Source: Gnetum montanum
Lineage: Eukaryota > Plantae > Gnetophyta
Length of the DNA stretch: 64,000 bases
Direction: 5' to 3'
NCBI GenBank assembly: GCA_015680685.1
Contig: MNCI01002152.1
Span: forward strand, 249,344-313,343
Below the pieces are notes generated by a model. The model saw nothing but the letters and a program-made list of their open reading frames with translations, made no database searches and was not told the DNA's origin. The translations under genes were made by a program, and so were the position numbers. Shown in pieces: positions 34,520 to 48,729 of the stretch (the stretch's first letter is position 1; each line of letters opens with the position of its first letter).

Positions 34520-37415
34520 TGTTGTCACATTTACATCATTTTGATGGAGTAGATTTTGTGAGATAATGTTGAGAACTAAGTTGCCAAATTTAGCTTTTCA
34601 ATGGTGGCTGGAAGATAAAAGTTAAATTATTTATTTGAAAGGACAATAGTTAGAAGCATGATGAAGAAAGGTGTTAAAGGAAATGAAATTTGAAAAATAC
34701 TCTTTATATTCAAGGTGTGCACATTTTGAGTTTGTGTTCATAATTTCAAACGCATGGAATTAATGAAAGCTTAGTAAGATGTTTCTAGGTTAAGGATGAA
34801 GAATTTATGATTTTCCTTAGTAAAAATATGTATAATGGTGGAGGTGAAATTTGGGAAATGATTTGGGAATTGTAAGATAGTGTATTCCAGTTGTATCACC
34901 ATTGGTTCTTACATTGTATCCGTTTATAATTTTCAGTTTTAGTGACAAATTGGATGTTTCAAAGAATGATAAAAAATAAAGTGGATAAACTTGTGCATCC
35001 ATTTTCCGTAAAACTATAGAAGGACTTCTTAGGAAAACTAACAAGTAATTGCATTACGTAAAGATCCATTATTATGTTGTGGTCATTGCAATTCATAATG
35101 TCATATTCAATCTATGGTGGCTTCTAAATGGTGGTAGAAAATTAAGTTGCAGAGCTATGAATTTCAAACAAAACAAGAGGAAAATTTCTAGTTCAAAGGA
35201 TCAACAACATTTGATGAATGTTGGCAAAACAAGATCATAATTTTAACATAAAGTAAACAAAATTAACAAGATTTTTGTTAAATGGTGGTTGAAATATTCA
35301 ACAAAATTGTTTGAAACAATTTCATCATTATTCTAGAAGAGAAACCCTTGCTACAGAAAAAAACCATGGAAATATGAAGTGCAGTAAGCAAATAAAATTT
35401 TATGAACTTGCAAAAGTACAAAGGCCCTACAATTGATAAGAAGATCTATATGAAATCGATGTTCTAGAGCAAAAATAAGCATGGAAAACCTATAGGCATC
35501 AGAAATTTGGCTCCACATTCAAACTCAAAAGAAGCCATAAAGCAATGGCTATCATATATTTCAAAAAAAGTGTAGGTTGAAGAACCCTAAGCAAAGGGTA
35601 TTTTTCACCAAAAATTTCTCCATAGTAGCACCAAAAATTTGAGTGAAAGCTCCTCTTCAACCATCCATGCACAAGTTTCACCTCACAAAGGGTCATGTAG
35701 TAGTAGGGCATTGACATGGTGAGAACCAGACTAGGGTCTAAATCTAAAAATTTCTTGTTTGTGATGGAGATGGTTATTTTAGAGTAGCACCAAGTAGAAT
35801 AATGAATGTAGAGATAGAGGACAATGCCAACAGGAGTGCCATGCTTGCAAAACCGCAATAGTAGGATTCAAGAGCAGAAGTAGGGGATAAAGAACACACA
35901 AGAACCACATGTGATGGAGATGGCATGGTAGTACGCATGACAACCACGAAGCTCAAACACCAATGTGAAGAACACAAAATATGAAACCATGTATATTAAG
36001 GCTACATGGCCTTAATAATAATTTTATTTAAAGAAACAAATATTCACAAACAAAAACTTATGATTTATTCAAATGACAACTAGTAATTTTAGAAAGAGAG
36101 GTTTACAATTTGAAAAGTTGGGAATTTATAATCACTTGATAAATATAACTCTAATTTCTTTGGGAATTAAAAATTTTAAATGAAAGTTATATACTCCCAT
36201 GGAAGTTATAAATAGATCTCCTTAATATTTGTAAGGTTGTAATTGCTAAGAAGACACTTGCAACTATGGCTTGATTTTCTCATAACTCCCTATAGAAGTT
36301 ATAACTTCTTAAGGTAGTTATGAATACATTTCTTATATATTTCATACTTACCTTAACCTTCAATGATGAATGTAACTACCATGAAGATACTATAAAAGGA
36401 ATTAAAGAGTAGGAGAATATATTTTTAGTGGGGGGGGGGGGGGGGGGGGAGGGGGGGGGGNNNNNNNNNNNNNNNNNNNNNNNNNNNNNNNNNNNNNNNN
36501 NNNNNNGGGTGCGGGGGTGAAGTTGGGGGGAAATTGGTAGAAGACATTGAAGATTGTAAAAGCATGGATTACTAAAGATATTAATTCAGCTGCTTGGTTT
36601 TAATCCTATGAGTACCTTAATTTCCATTTTGTTTTAGTTACTTAGCTAATGGTTTAGATAGTAATATGCTTGACATTTAATTTTTGGATTTTCTAGAGTG
36701 TTCTTAAAGCTCTATTTTTCACAATATTAAACTTCTATTAAGGTTTACTAGATAAGAGCTTATGTTATAGAAAAGCATCTTGAGCAATTTAATAGTAATG
36801 TCTTATAGAAATTGCCTATTTGAGTTTAGAGGATCTAGAGAGTCTTTGATACTTTGGCTTGTTTGAAATAGCTTCATTTTTCTAAGGTTATAGCCTTAGA
36901 ACTCTAATTTAAAAAATTGTCAAATTTTTCTTGTTAGTTCTACTATTTGAAATTCTTGACAATTGTTGGCTAGTTAAGTAGAATCTTGTACTTGTGGTTT
37001 ACAAAGTGTTTTGGTAGTGAATAAGATTTTCTTTTATGAATTTTCTTATTGAGCTCAAAATTTTTTGGAAATTTGTAATACGTAGCTTAAATTGGAATTA
37101 CTTTATTGTGATTTGTTTCTTCATGTTCAATTTATCTTGACTAAATGTTTGAGATTTATACAAATCTGCTCTCCTTTCTTTTCCCTTTTTAAAATCCATT
37201 GAATCTCACTCTATTTCTAGTTTTCTTATGATATTTTTTCATGTTTAGTTCATTTCTTAACCACTAAGTTTATTTGGAGGTATCTAGGACTTTGTGTTGC
37301 TAGAATACTAGCAAGCACCTAAACCCTATTTTGAGGAATACCACCATTTCCCATAATCCCCAAGATCATGAGACTGGAGGGCCCCAACATTGGCAGTCCC
37401 AAATGGTTACCAAAA
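34520..37415 (+). repeat. 3' LTR of D (contains poly-G and an assembly gap)
   Basis: TGTTGTCAC start after the PPT; collinear with the 5' LTR. Confidence 0.88.
36461..36505. other. Assembly gap (N run) next to poly-G
   Basis: 45 N. Confidence 1.
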
Positions 37416-37555
37416 AAACCAATGTAGAAAAGGTGTTGAACCTAGTGAAGAAAAAATTTACTACATCCTTAAAAATTGTAGAACAAAGAACTAAACAAGC
37501 TTTCAATAAGGGCAAGCAGAAGAAAAAGAAAAAGGACTATGAAGGTGAACACAAG

Positions 37556-38457
37556 TGATGAGTAGCTAGGTACCCCTACACTCAACCATATGAATACGAG
37601 AATTCATGCATGATCAAGTCAAACTTTATAGATGGCCTAGTTGTGGTATCTAGATAGTTACATGTTGATTTAGTTCGTTGTCTTCCCACCTAAACTAGTA
37701 TTTTCTTTATCATGTATGGTTTAGTCTAGAGTGAGGTGTATGATGTGGGCCTAAACTAGTGCTACTCCAAGAGGCAATGAAAAATAACTTTATTTCAAGC
37801 TAAGAGGAAGTGGAAGAAGAGAATCTAAGCTAGCCTAAGTGCAATAAGCATCCATCCTTAATCATCTCTACACATCTTGGACCTCATGTACTACTTCTAG
37901 GATTACCAGGCATATATTACTGAAGCACTTCTAGATACGCTACTGGGTTACCAAGTAGTCACACTTAAATGCTCATGATTGAGTCATACTCATTCCACGT
38001 TTAATAATAGGGATAGTAAAGGAAGGTAAAGAAACATTAATTAAGAAAGTAATAAATAACAATAACAATTAAGCAATTAAAACTAAGTGAATGCTACAAT
38101 GATAGAGTAATCTCGATCTTTATTGCTGGTCATGTGCATGTCCAAGTACGTCACACTCAAATAAAAGTTTCGTAGAATTACAATCATCACACTATAGGCA
38201 TGCACTGGGAAAAGAGTTGAGATGAACTAAAAATGAAAAAAAATACTCTACTTCTATATTGCCCCACTTCCTCCCTTCTTGTGCATCCAAAGGTGTATTT
38301 ACAAGCTTACACAGGAATCACGATATTGTGTATCCGATATCGTTATCCAGGCTATGATATCACATACCCAATAATGAGGGTCCAATATCAAGGGTCTGAT
38401 GTCAAGGATCTAATGTCAAGGGTCCAATATCAGCACTTGACAGACCATGATTCATCA
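37556..38457 (-). repeat. 3' LTR of C
   Basis: Direct repeat of 42686-43601; 14-bp repeats ~38320-38432. Confidence 0.92.
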
Positions 38458-38633
38458 TACCCCCATGACTAAATAAAAAATCATCCTCGAGTCAAAGAAA
38501 GTGAGGAAAAAGTTCATCCAATTAAAAATAGGGGATAGGTATGAGATTATTGAATGAACATGGATTGTTTCATGCCATAATTTGGGACTAAACAAAATTT
38601 GGACATAGACACAAAAGATAAAACTTGTGGAAC

Positions 38634-39064
38634 TCATGGGGTTCCCAGTGGTGATGGCTCCTCCATGGATGTCTTTCCTTTGTCTTGCATGCTAGGCTTC
38701 TGAGATTGATATTGTTGAAGAAGCACCTAACATTTCTCCTCTTCTATTCAAGGATTATGAGCCATCCATGTTTATATTCCAATGTTTGATGGAGTCGACA
38801 CTTCCCACACAACAACTACGAGAACACTTGATTATCCTTGACATGCCATGCCACAAATAGTCATTCTTCCTCTTCATAGGATTAGGACCTGACCTCTCCA
38901 CCTTTTACTTAGCTAGATTGTGCAATGATAGGAGTTCCTTGATGGATGATGAATGGTTGTGCCTCCTACTCTTCATGTTTTGCATGAGGTCCTTGGCCTT
39001 TGCCTTCCCCTATGTGTTTAGTTGCACCTTGAGAAGGTCCTTCTTGTCCTCTTTTAGGGGCCAT
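38634..39064 (-). pseudogene. Mini-ORF2 of C (N-terminus fused to C-terminal motif)
   Basis: MAPKRGQEGPSQG...LFVAWHVKDNQVFS.L...WEVSTPSNI..TWMAH...EPSPLGTP*. Confidence 0.7.
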
Positions 39065-40559
39065 CTCGAACCACATAAAGATCAATTATTAGTAAGATTA
39101 TTGAAAGAATTTCAATTAGTTCATACCTTACTCATTACCTTTAATGAAAGTTGAATTCTTTTCCTAGTGTGATTTTAGAGTTAAAAAATTTTTTCAAGGA
39201 AGTTGCCCTAAAATTTTAATGTCAGACTTGATTTGTTTAGGTGACACATAAAAGAACACATAATGGTTTTGAGGAACATTTGATAAAATGATGACAAAGG
39301 AAAGAATAGATTTGGCAATGAAGTACTCGGAGGATATAAATTGATGTGGTGGTGTGCAACAAGTACAAATTAGAAAAGCCATGCAAGTGGATCCTCCCCA
39401 ACGTAGGTTTCTACCTATCATGCCCTTACATAACTACACCTTAAAATGTTCGTAGGCACTAGAAGGGTTTAATGTAATCCACACCAACTCCAGAAAACAC
39501 ACACATGTAGATACCACCATGATGAGGTATGAATTCAATGCTACACAATACACGAGTTACAAATACATGAATAGCAAGATGAGGTGAACTATAGAAGGGA
39601 TTTTAGAGATTGGGACATGAGGTAACTAACCCAAGATACAATGGATCCTGAGTGTAGGCTGTGATTAATGTGTCATTAGCCCATCACTCCAAAATTCATA
39701 GCAAGTCCATTCCTCTAATTAGTGACATTGCATTATTTCATCCAATGATGGGCAACCATAAGAGTACCACAATAGCAAGGCATATGATCACTTGGCGTTT
39801 TGTCCAAGGGAAGAGTGATTTGGAATCTGTGGCATACACACACACTTTTTTCTTTTGATCTTTTCTTTTGTGGTTCATTTTTTTTGTTTTTTTCTTTCTA
39901 GCCACTTTGGCACTTTGTCCTTCCCAATAGTGAACTGGAGAAGTCACCAACCTTTAGGCATGGGTGCATGTCTTTCTAGTGGGACCTCCAGAGTAGCATC
40001 AAGTTTCTATTTAGTGCCTTTATTACTCTTACTCCCATTTTTTGTTAGATCTACAAGGACCTTAGTACAACCAAGCTGCATGATAGCACCTATAGATGTC
40101 CCCAAAAAGAATCCACAAGTCCCCTTGTTGTCACACCTTGTCCATTCCTTCTTAGTCCATCATTCTTCACTCTGGGCAAAATTACTTTAATTTTTAATGA
40201 TGTCAAGAATATTATCGTACCTAGAGTAGAACCTCTTATTAATAGAATGGGTGGGTGAATGTTGTGGGCTCACTATCCAAATACTTAGTCACTTGTGACT
40301 CGATAGTATAGAACAACCCCTCAACCGACTGGTTACATGAGTGTTTTATTCATAGATGAGATTACACAAAAAAAGATAAAAAGATAAAATGATAAATAAA
40401 TAAAAAGATGAAACAACAAATAAAAAGATAAAACAACAAATTAAAACATGAAAAAACTGGAAAACAAAAAATTGTAAAATTACAGAAAAGGAAAAACATT
40501 TATTAATTCTATTTGTTAGAATGGGGGATATCCCTCATATCTAAACTTGTGATCATGGT

Positions 40560-42558
40560 GAGAATTAATAAATGGAATGGTTGGATCCATGCGTTTGGAA
40601 ATATTGGGACCTGATCATATCCAAACCATTGGGTGTCTTTTGATGTGATGGTTGGACTATACCCACATAGAGGTTCACACACTTGATTAAAATTGACATA
40701 GTGGGCCAAGTTATAAGATGTGGTTAATTGATAAGGAGTTAACTCGCTACGGAATCCTTGACCATAAGATGGTATGCAAGGATCAATATGTCTCCCTATA
40801 TGGTTATATTCATTGGGCTACATGGTTGTTGGAGTATTAATTAGTGGCCCTGATAAAATAACACGAGGCATTGGGTTTGAGGAGAAAGATGCACCATAGT
40901 GTTGAACTTGTGCTGGGTGGGAGGATGCAATGGTCTCTGAACTATGTTGTCCCTTTCTATGATCATTTCTAAATAAGGGACACCTTTAATGTTGTGGAGG
41001 TTTCCCACTACAGTTGATAGTAGCAGCACAAGTAACATTTGTGGATCGATGTTGTGGTGCAAATCCTACTGGTACTATTGGTGGTGATGTAGAAGGAGGT
41101 GAAGGATGAGAATATTGAGACCAATGACAGGTGCAAGGAACATGAGGTGGTGATCTTGTGGAAGAGGACATGGGTTGATAGTACTTAGGAGAATGATAAC
41201 AATGTGGTGAGATAGAGGATGTTGACCTAGTTGGAAAAATAGGATGTTGAACATAATAAACACTTGGGTTCAGGTGGTAGGAAGGGTGAAACCAGTTTGA
41301 TGGTGGCCTCCCCCATGATTGGGGTTTTTGCCACTATGGTTGAACCTGGTATTTCTGTACAAACTCTAGATGTAACATTCTTCCCAAATGCTTATGTAAA
41401 TGTAACAAGATTGGGCATTAACCTTTGGGGTGATTGTACAGGCAAACGTTACATTGATACGTATGATTCATAGTTGAGTTATTATCCTTATTTTCTTCAA
41501 CCCATCTTTCTAATTGTCTAGTGGTGTTCTATCTATTTCTTGGATTATCATGGTTCTACCTCTAATAATGTTGGCATTTTCTCCACATATTTCATGTACC
41601 CAGTCCATCATCTTATTGATCTTTGCCTCAATTTCATCTAGTGATTGTAGTATTGGGAAAGATGATCCCACCTTGAGTTGAGTTGATTTCTCCTCTTCAT
41701 AATCATGGACCTTTGCTAATTTGAGACTTTGGTCTTGTTGAGAGCTTTCAACATTCTCCCATTTAGCCATTTCTCCTTCTTATTTTGCTAAATGCTTAAT
41801 AAGATCTTGGAATTGGTGGGTTTTTAGCTCATATAGTTGACCTTGGGCATACATCCCTAGCGTCTCCCTTATTTCATTATGAAGCCCATCCATGATGTGA
41901 TACATTAGCCTTCCCTTGGAGAACCCATGGCCTAGGCATTTTTTTAACAAAGAGTAGTATCTTTCTAAGGCCATATTCAAGGGTTCCTATTGTTCCTATT
42001 TCCATTCTTGGATTTTTCTCCTCAAGGCTGACACTCTTGCATAGGCTTGATATCTTTTGTTGAAGAGTTCTACCATTGTTAGCCAACGTTGAATTGATTT
42101 TGGTCTTAAGGACCTATACCATACTTTTGCTTTGCCAACAAGTGTCATAGGAAAGAGCTTAAGTTTTTTCCATCCATTATCAATATTGTTCCATACACAA
42201 GCATCATAGAAGGCTTGTAAATGATGTTCTAGATCTAAATCATAGCCTCCTAAAAACTTGGAAAAGTTTTTTAAATCAAGCCTGGGTAGACAGCTTTCCT
42301 TGTGATGCTTGTAGGATATTTGAATAGCCTCTTGTATATGCATTAGGCTCTTAGTGGCCAGAAGGGGTTCATCGTCACTAGGTAGGTTATGGAATTGTGA
42401 ATTGGGATGATGTTGTCTTTGTTTATGTATATAGGATACCATTGCATAAGATTTAGTACTCTAAAATTCATCTTCATCATCATATAATTCATTGGTTCTA
42501 CAATGAATTGCCTTACTAGTTGTTGCATTGTCAGAGTCTTGTGAGAGAGACATTGCAA
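40560..42558 (-). pseudogene. gag: gag of C with CX2CX3HX4C knuckle and Pro-rich tail; no protease seen
   Basis: ORFs 41996-42442, 41780-41980 and 41510-41770 (KLKLFPMTLVGKAKVWYRSL); CNVCLYNHPKG.CP ~41415-41455. Confidence 0.85.
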
Positions 42559-42685
42559 TGAATTGTGTATGGCTTAATTGCAATTACGTTTTCTCTAAAA
42601 GTAATATTATCAAGGTTTTGTCATAGCAATCTTGGGTGATGTAACTAATCTAGATAACTAGCATCATCTTCGACAATGGCACCAA

Positions 42686-43601
42686 TGATGAGTGGCTAGG
42701 TACCCCTACACTCAATCATACGAATACAAGCATTCATGCATGATCTAGTCGAACTCCACGAATGGGCTAGTTGTGGTATCTAGATAGTTACACGTTGATC
42801 GTAGTTTTCTTTCTTCCCACCTAGACTAGTATTTTCTTTGTCACATATGGTTTAGTCCAAATTGAGGTGTATGATGTGGGCCTAAACTAGTGCTACTCCT
42901 AGAGGCAATGGAAAATAGCTTTGTTTTAAGCTAAGAGGAGTGGGAGAAGAGAATCTAAGCTAGCCTAACTATGATGAGCATCCATCCTTAATCATCCATA
43001 CACATCTTGGACCTTGTGTACTACTTTTAGGATTACCAAGTGTATATTACTTGAGCGCTTCTAAATACACTATTGGGTTACCAAGTAGCCACACTTAAAT
43101 GCTCATGATTAAGTTGTACTCATTCTGCATTTAATAACAAGAATAGTAAAGGAAGGTAAAGAAACATTAATTAAAAAAGAAATAAATAATAATAAGAATT
43201 AATTAATTAAAACTAAGTGAATGCTGCAATGATGGAGTAATCTCAATCTTTATGGTTGGTCATGTCCATGTCCAAGTACGTTGCACTCGAATAAAGGTTT
43301 TGTACAATTACAATCATCACAATGTAGGCATGCACTAGGGAAAGAGTTGAGATGAACTAAAAATGAACAAAAGGAATCTACTTTTATACTAACCTACTTC
43401 CTTCCTTCTTGTGTGCCCAAAGGTGTATTTATAGGCTTACACAGGAATCCCAATATCGTGTATTCGATATCATTATCCAGGCTACGATATCGCATACCCA
43501 ATATTGAGGGTTTGATTTCGAGGGTCTGATATCAAGGGTCCAATGTCAAGGGTCCAATGTCAAGGGTCCGATATCAGCACCTAACAAACCATGATTCATC
43601 A
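42686..43601 (-). repeat. 5' LTR of C
   Basis: TGATGAA...CACTCATCA on the minus strand followed by PBS TTGGTGCCATTGTCGAAGA. Confidence 0.92.
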
Positions 43602-45240
43602 ACTAGAAATAAAAAGGAAAAGTTGCTTTAGTGGAAGAATGCATTAATTCAAGATCAGATGATGAGGAAGGGTATATAGTTTGCTAGTAAAAACATCCTA
43701 AAGGATGCTATCCTATGATGGAACATTTGCAAGAATCAAGGGCATATACATTTAATCCAATATTCATCAAACAAAAAATGCCAAAATAGGTACCTTACCC
43801 TCATGGTAACTATATAAAGTCCTTTAAACTTGCTTATTATCCATGTAGAGCTTATCCAGAATCATAGGAGCAATTTTAGTAGTAGTGGAAACAACCTTAA
43901 GTGTGGGCAATGTCACCAACAAGGCAACAATACCAATATTGGTAGCTAGACCCTTATGAATATTATGTGCGGTGTCCAATATTTGTAAGGAACATAGTAG
44001 TTTACACTTTTCAATATTATCCACTTGAGTACTATAGACCTATAACTCCAAGGATGGATTCTAATCCATATGTACATCAAACAATACCTAGTCCATTCAG
44101 TCAACCCTCCAACCCTCTATTGCCATTACCACCACTTGCAATGTAGAGAGAGTTGCCATCACAACCTTAGTAGGAAATTACAACAAGGATAGTGAATATA
44201 CAAAGAGAGGATCATACCAACAATGCTAATGAAAAATTAAGGAAATGTCCTTTCTTTAGGATATGTCTTGAAAATGTTGGTAGAGTTGAAGATTCATTGA
44301 ATCATGTTTCTTATACAACAAATCCTCTTACAAGCACTATGCTTCTACCACAACTAGCTCATAAATTTAAAACTATCATGTTAACTAAGATAGTATCGAA
44401 GAAGTTTAAGGTAAGAGCACTTCCTAAGAAAAGAATTGATCTAGGAATTCCTCTAATTTGTTTACAAGTAGTTGGAAACTCACCATGCAAAGCTCTACTA
44501 GACTAAAGTTTTGAAGTTAACTTGATATATCAAGAAACATACAAGGCATGGAAATTTTCACCTTTAAAAAAGTGTAACATAGGGTTAGAGCTAGTAGACT
44601 AGTTTGTCACCTTCCCTTTGGGACAAATAGATAATGTGGTGACCACTATCAATGGGTGGTCTTATCTAGTATATTTTCTAGTGATTGACATGAAGAATGA
44701 TGATAAGAAATTTCCTATGATTATGGGGAGAGCATGGCTTAGCACAATAAATGCTAAGTTAGGAATGAGAGATTTATCCATGGGAAATATCTAAAGAAGA
44801 TGAGTAAGGGGCCATACATACACAAAGGATTCCATGCATAACTAATGATAATGAAGGTTGTAGTTCTGAACTGAAACTTCAAAATTTCAACATAGTCCTT
44901 ACAATAGTTCACAACAGATGTGAGAAACAAGTGTGTGTACAAGAAGGAATAAGGGTCACCAAACCAAAAGATGCCTAGTGGCTGAAAATTGAGAACATAA
45001 AACTATCCAAAACATGCATGGAATTGTATGACTCACTTATTAACTCCTACCCTGAGAAAATGACCCAAACTGAGAACTCCCAAAAGGATATTATAAACCA
45101 CAATCATACACCAATGAATAATGAAAATGGAGAATTAAAATTTGAATTTAAGAATAAACAAGAAAGTATAGTTGGACCTTCTAAAATGGAAAGGCCATCT
45201 AGTCCAATAAATATATATCTTCAAACAACCAAAACTTGAT
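43602..45240 (+). pseudogene. gag C-terminus and aspartic protease of E
   Basis: Decayed knuckle ~43675-43715; LGIPLICLQVVGNSPCKALLD 44441-44503; followed by internal PPT-like sequence 45361-45381. Confidence 0.78.
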
Positions 45241-46958
45241 TATCATCAATATTACATGGGATAATAACCAAAAAACTAAATCACTAAGGATGATAAATGA
45301 GAAATCCAGAGTGTATGATCTAGGGGATCTAAGGGTCCATTTTCCAAACACTCAACCATGAGTTCAGTCATGAGAGAGATGCCTTACCTTAACTTAGGAA
45401 TTAATAAGTTCTTTTCAAATTTCTATTTTCTAATTCTTTTTGATTTATAATTTCTTGTTATACCTGTTCACATTTCTTACCAATTTTCACATTCTATAAT
45501 ATCTTTTCATTCTTTTGTATGTTTTGATTTCTTAATCTCTTTATATTATTTAATATTTTCCAAATTCCTCTTTTATTTTACCATTTTCTATAATTTGAAT
45601 TATCCATTTTGTGCATATTTTTGTTAATTTTTCAATAAAGTGCAAGGAATAAAGTAAGACGTAGTCCCAGTAAGATGAAGATTGCCCCATATTATCTAAT
45701 CATAAGGGATAGATTACCTATACAATGAGGCCATGACACCCATCCACCCATTCCAACAATAAAAGCTTCTTACCATGGCCATAATGATATTCTTCTCATA
45801 ATAAAACTAAGAATAAACTTGTGATCATTATGCCTAGACAAAAAAGGGAAGAATCAAGTGGTAATGACAAGGATGTGACATCAAGGGAACTTGTGGATTC
45901 TCTTGGATTACTACTATGGATTCTATCTTGTTGTTAAGGATGTATTTTTTCTTGAAGATCTAATAAAAATGGGAGTAAGAGTACAATAATTGTTGCAAAG
46001 AGTACAATAAGTGTTGCCTTATAATGTCACTAGAAAGACATGTTACCCATGCTTGTAGGTAGTCCTTTGGTAAGGCCGACATAGTCAAAAATAAAATTCA
46101 TGCACATAATAAATTTTTTGGGGATCCCACTGCAAAGACATGTTACCCATGCCTGAAGATATGTGGCTTCTAAAGAATCTCAAAAATAAAGAGTGTAACA
46201 AATAAACTCCTTCCTTGAACAACACACCAAGTGGTGAAACACCTTGCAATAGTGGTAGTCTTATGGTTTTGAATCCTAGGGATAAAACAATGCAATGTCA
46301 CTGGTAAGTGGTTTGAACTTGGTTTGAATCTTAGATAGAAAGGCTAATAATTACTTTAATCATAAAGTACACGTAAGAATTCATTATGCCTATGGTAAGA
46401 TACCTCATGTCATATTTTCAATAATCTCTTCTACAGTCCATTTCATCTCATTACATATTTCATCATAACCTTATGGTTTTGTATAATATAGTGAGATTTT
46501 CCAAATCTATTGATACTAACATGTGTTTTTTGCTAGATAGGTATGTCTTACATTCAACTCCTTGAGTAATTACAGACACTTTTAACCATGGTTATACATG
46601 GGAACTAACGGTTGGAGCCTACTTTAGGGAGGCCCCACTTGTATAATTGTTGTATCTCATACTTGACAAAAAATTACACATCATCTTGTACCTTTTGAAA
46701 TAATCAAGACATAATAAACACTCCCCATATCATCTTCAAACCTATCCATCAACTCTGAACATTCAATCTATCTCAAATTGACCCAATAAACTTTCATTAC
46801 TTGAGATTCCTTTCTTAGGAACTTTGAATGCCAAAGTTTTGAAAACTAAGCATCATTAATGATCCAAGACCCTTTGGACAAGCTTCACGTCTTCCAAAAA
46901 TTTCAATTGACTCATTTTCCCCAAAAAATTCAACAAAAAAATGGAAATTTTTTTATGG

Positions 46959-47049
46959 TGACATCATAGCTATGATGTTGTTGCCCATGCGATGTTGCAT
47001 CTACAATGACTCATCTGTAACATTGTGCACATAAAAATAGTATATATAT
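46959..47049 (+). promoter_or_regulatory. Putative internal promoter of ORF2 in E
   Basis: CGACGTCG-derived 8-mers at 46959, 46973, 46990, 47004 and 47018, then TATATATA 47041; CTGCAG|ATG at 47597. Confidence 0.55.
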
Positions 47050-47596
47050 GCATAGGAGGTAGCAAAATTTTCCATTCATTCATTTTATAGCAAGAGAAGT
47101 TTTTGTAGTTTTCTCTTTGAGCACTTTCAAGCTAACTTTACAAGGTCATAACTTCATCTACATAGCTTCAATTTTTTAAGTTCTTGAACCTTGTTGATTC
47201 TAGAGTGCTCAACTTAGTCATGGAGGGTATATTGTGAGGTACATTTGGAAACTTGGGCCAAAAATTTTCTAACTCATGGAAGATATTATAAAGGATAAGT
47301 ATAAGAAATTAATAAGAAGATCATCATTAATCAATCAAACCTAAGCTAAAGAACCTAGTTAATTCTCCTAATAAACTATACCAACCATTTTAGGACATAA
47401 TAACAAGGTAATGATAATTATAGGAGGTCTTAATAGTAAAGGATATAATACTAAAAAGGTTTCATTTTGAAAATTTCTCTAACTCTGTAGTTATAATGAG
47501 ATAAGAACTTGATCTAACCAAGAGTACGAGGAAGATGAGGAACTATTATGAATCGATTTAAACACTTTAATAATTTCAAACTCTTGATGACTGCAG

Positions 47597-47934
47597 ATGG
47601 TCTCAAAGAGACTAGCAACTGAAGGATCCTTTTAACATGGAAGAAAAAGACCAAGAGGCCATGAGAGAAGCTAAGAGAGAGAACAAACTCCACAATCATA
47701 AGATGCAAAGTAGGAAGCCCAATCATTTAGCATTCATCAACAAACTCCCACCATTGAGTACTTAGCCAAAGGAAAGGTAGAATCATTGCCTATACTTGAA
47801 CAATGGTAGTGGCTCACATTGTCTCTAGAATGCCTTCAAGCCATACAAGGAAAATCTCTAATGTCCATGGTCTTCATGGAATTGAACTTTGGTCCTTTTA
47901 TGGAGTTTTCTCTAGAAGCTATGAAGACACAACT
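47597..47934 (+). pseudogene. ORF2 of E, N-terminal part (continues at 63583-64000)
   Basis: MVSKRL...MVFMELNFGPFMEFSLEAMKTQL; resumes after B as QASPLWPTLSNSGEWYLGETYQFW. Confidence 0.8.
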
Positions 47935-48729
47935 TGATATTTCATCATCGATGGCCTATGTTGATGCATATGTGTCAATGTGGTGTCTTAATCTACCTAT
48001 ATAAATGTTCATACCCATCACATTTATGACATCATTAAATCCATAAATTATGGAAGTTCTTATAGTTTATTTCTCAATAGTTAGAATATTTTTTTTAGTT
48101 CCTGTAGTAGGAGTCAAAAAGTATATGGATCCTTATTCAAGCATTAATGTACTTGGACACTTCAATGTGATGGCAATAAAGATGAACTTCTTGAAATACC
48201 TTGCAACATTTGGAAATAGCATAATGTTTACTTTAATGCACTTTATTATTCATGAAATTTACTTCAATGCTCATTGGTTAATTAAATAAGACTAATTAAT
48301 TCACATAAGTACAACCAAATTGAACATAACTTTAATACTTGGTAATCCTAGCAGTGACTCACACTTGATAACCTAGCAGCAATATAATGTGTTCAAGATG
48401 TGTACAGTAGGTGGGACTGGATGCTTATGTCAGGAAATAGGTTAAGAAATTAGATAGTTTATTAAATTAATTAATACTTAATTACTTTATTTTACACTTA
48501 GGGTAACATAGAAAAAAATATAAACTTATAAAAATCATGTGCCTTAGTTACACTTAACCATACGCTTGTACTTATATAAGTGAAACCAAGAAGACAATGA
48601 TCATATCCCTAGATTCACTATCCTAGATAATGTGCATTTAGAGAGCTAAATTCTATGGAATTTGATTGGATTATGCATGAACACTTGTAATTCATATGTT
48701 TGGGTGTAGGGTATACTTGTCACTCATCA
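47935..48729 (+). repeat. 5' LTR of B
   Basis: Direct repeat of 62748-63577. Confidence 0.9.

Larger units (their letters stand above)
25008..37415 (+). mobile_element. Full-length degenerate Tat-clade element D with order gag-PR-aRH-RT-RH-INT-extra ORF
   Basis: LTRs 25008-27467 and 34520-37415; tRNA-Arg-type PBS; PPT 34504-34519; flanks AAGCT/AAACC; host gag of E resumes across it. Confidence 0.9.
37556..43601 (-). mobile_element. Complete ~6-kb non-autonomous Athila-like element C (gag and mini-ORF2 only)
   Basis: LTRs 42686-43601 and 37556-38457; PBS 42667-42685; PPT 38458-38475; TSD ACAAG/ACTAG. Confidence 0.9.

Noticed and set aside
46129-46165. Hammerhead ribozyme/retrozyme suggested by (G)AAA...CTGAAGA here and TGATGAG at LTR ends
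   Set aside because: Only one hairpin lies between the core boxes, and the LTR-terminal TGATGAG lacks the leading C and the stems.
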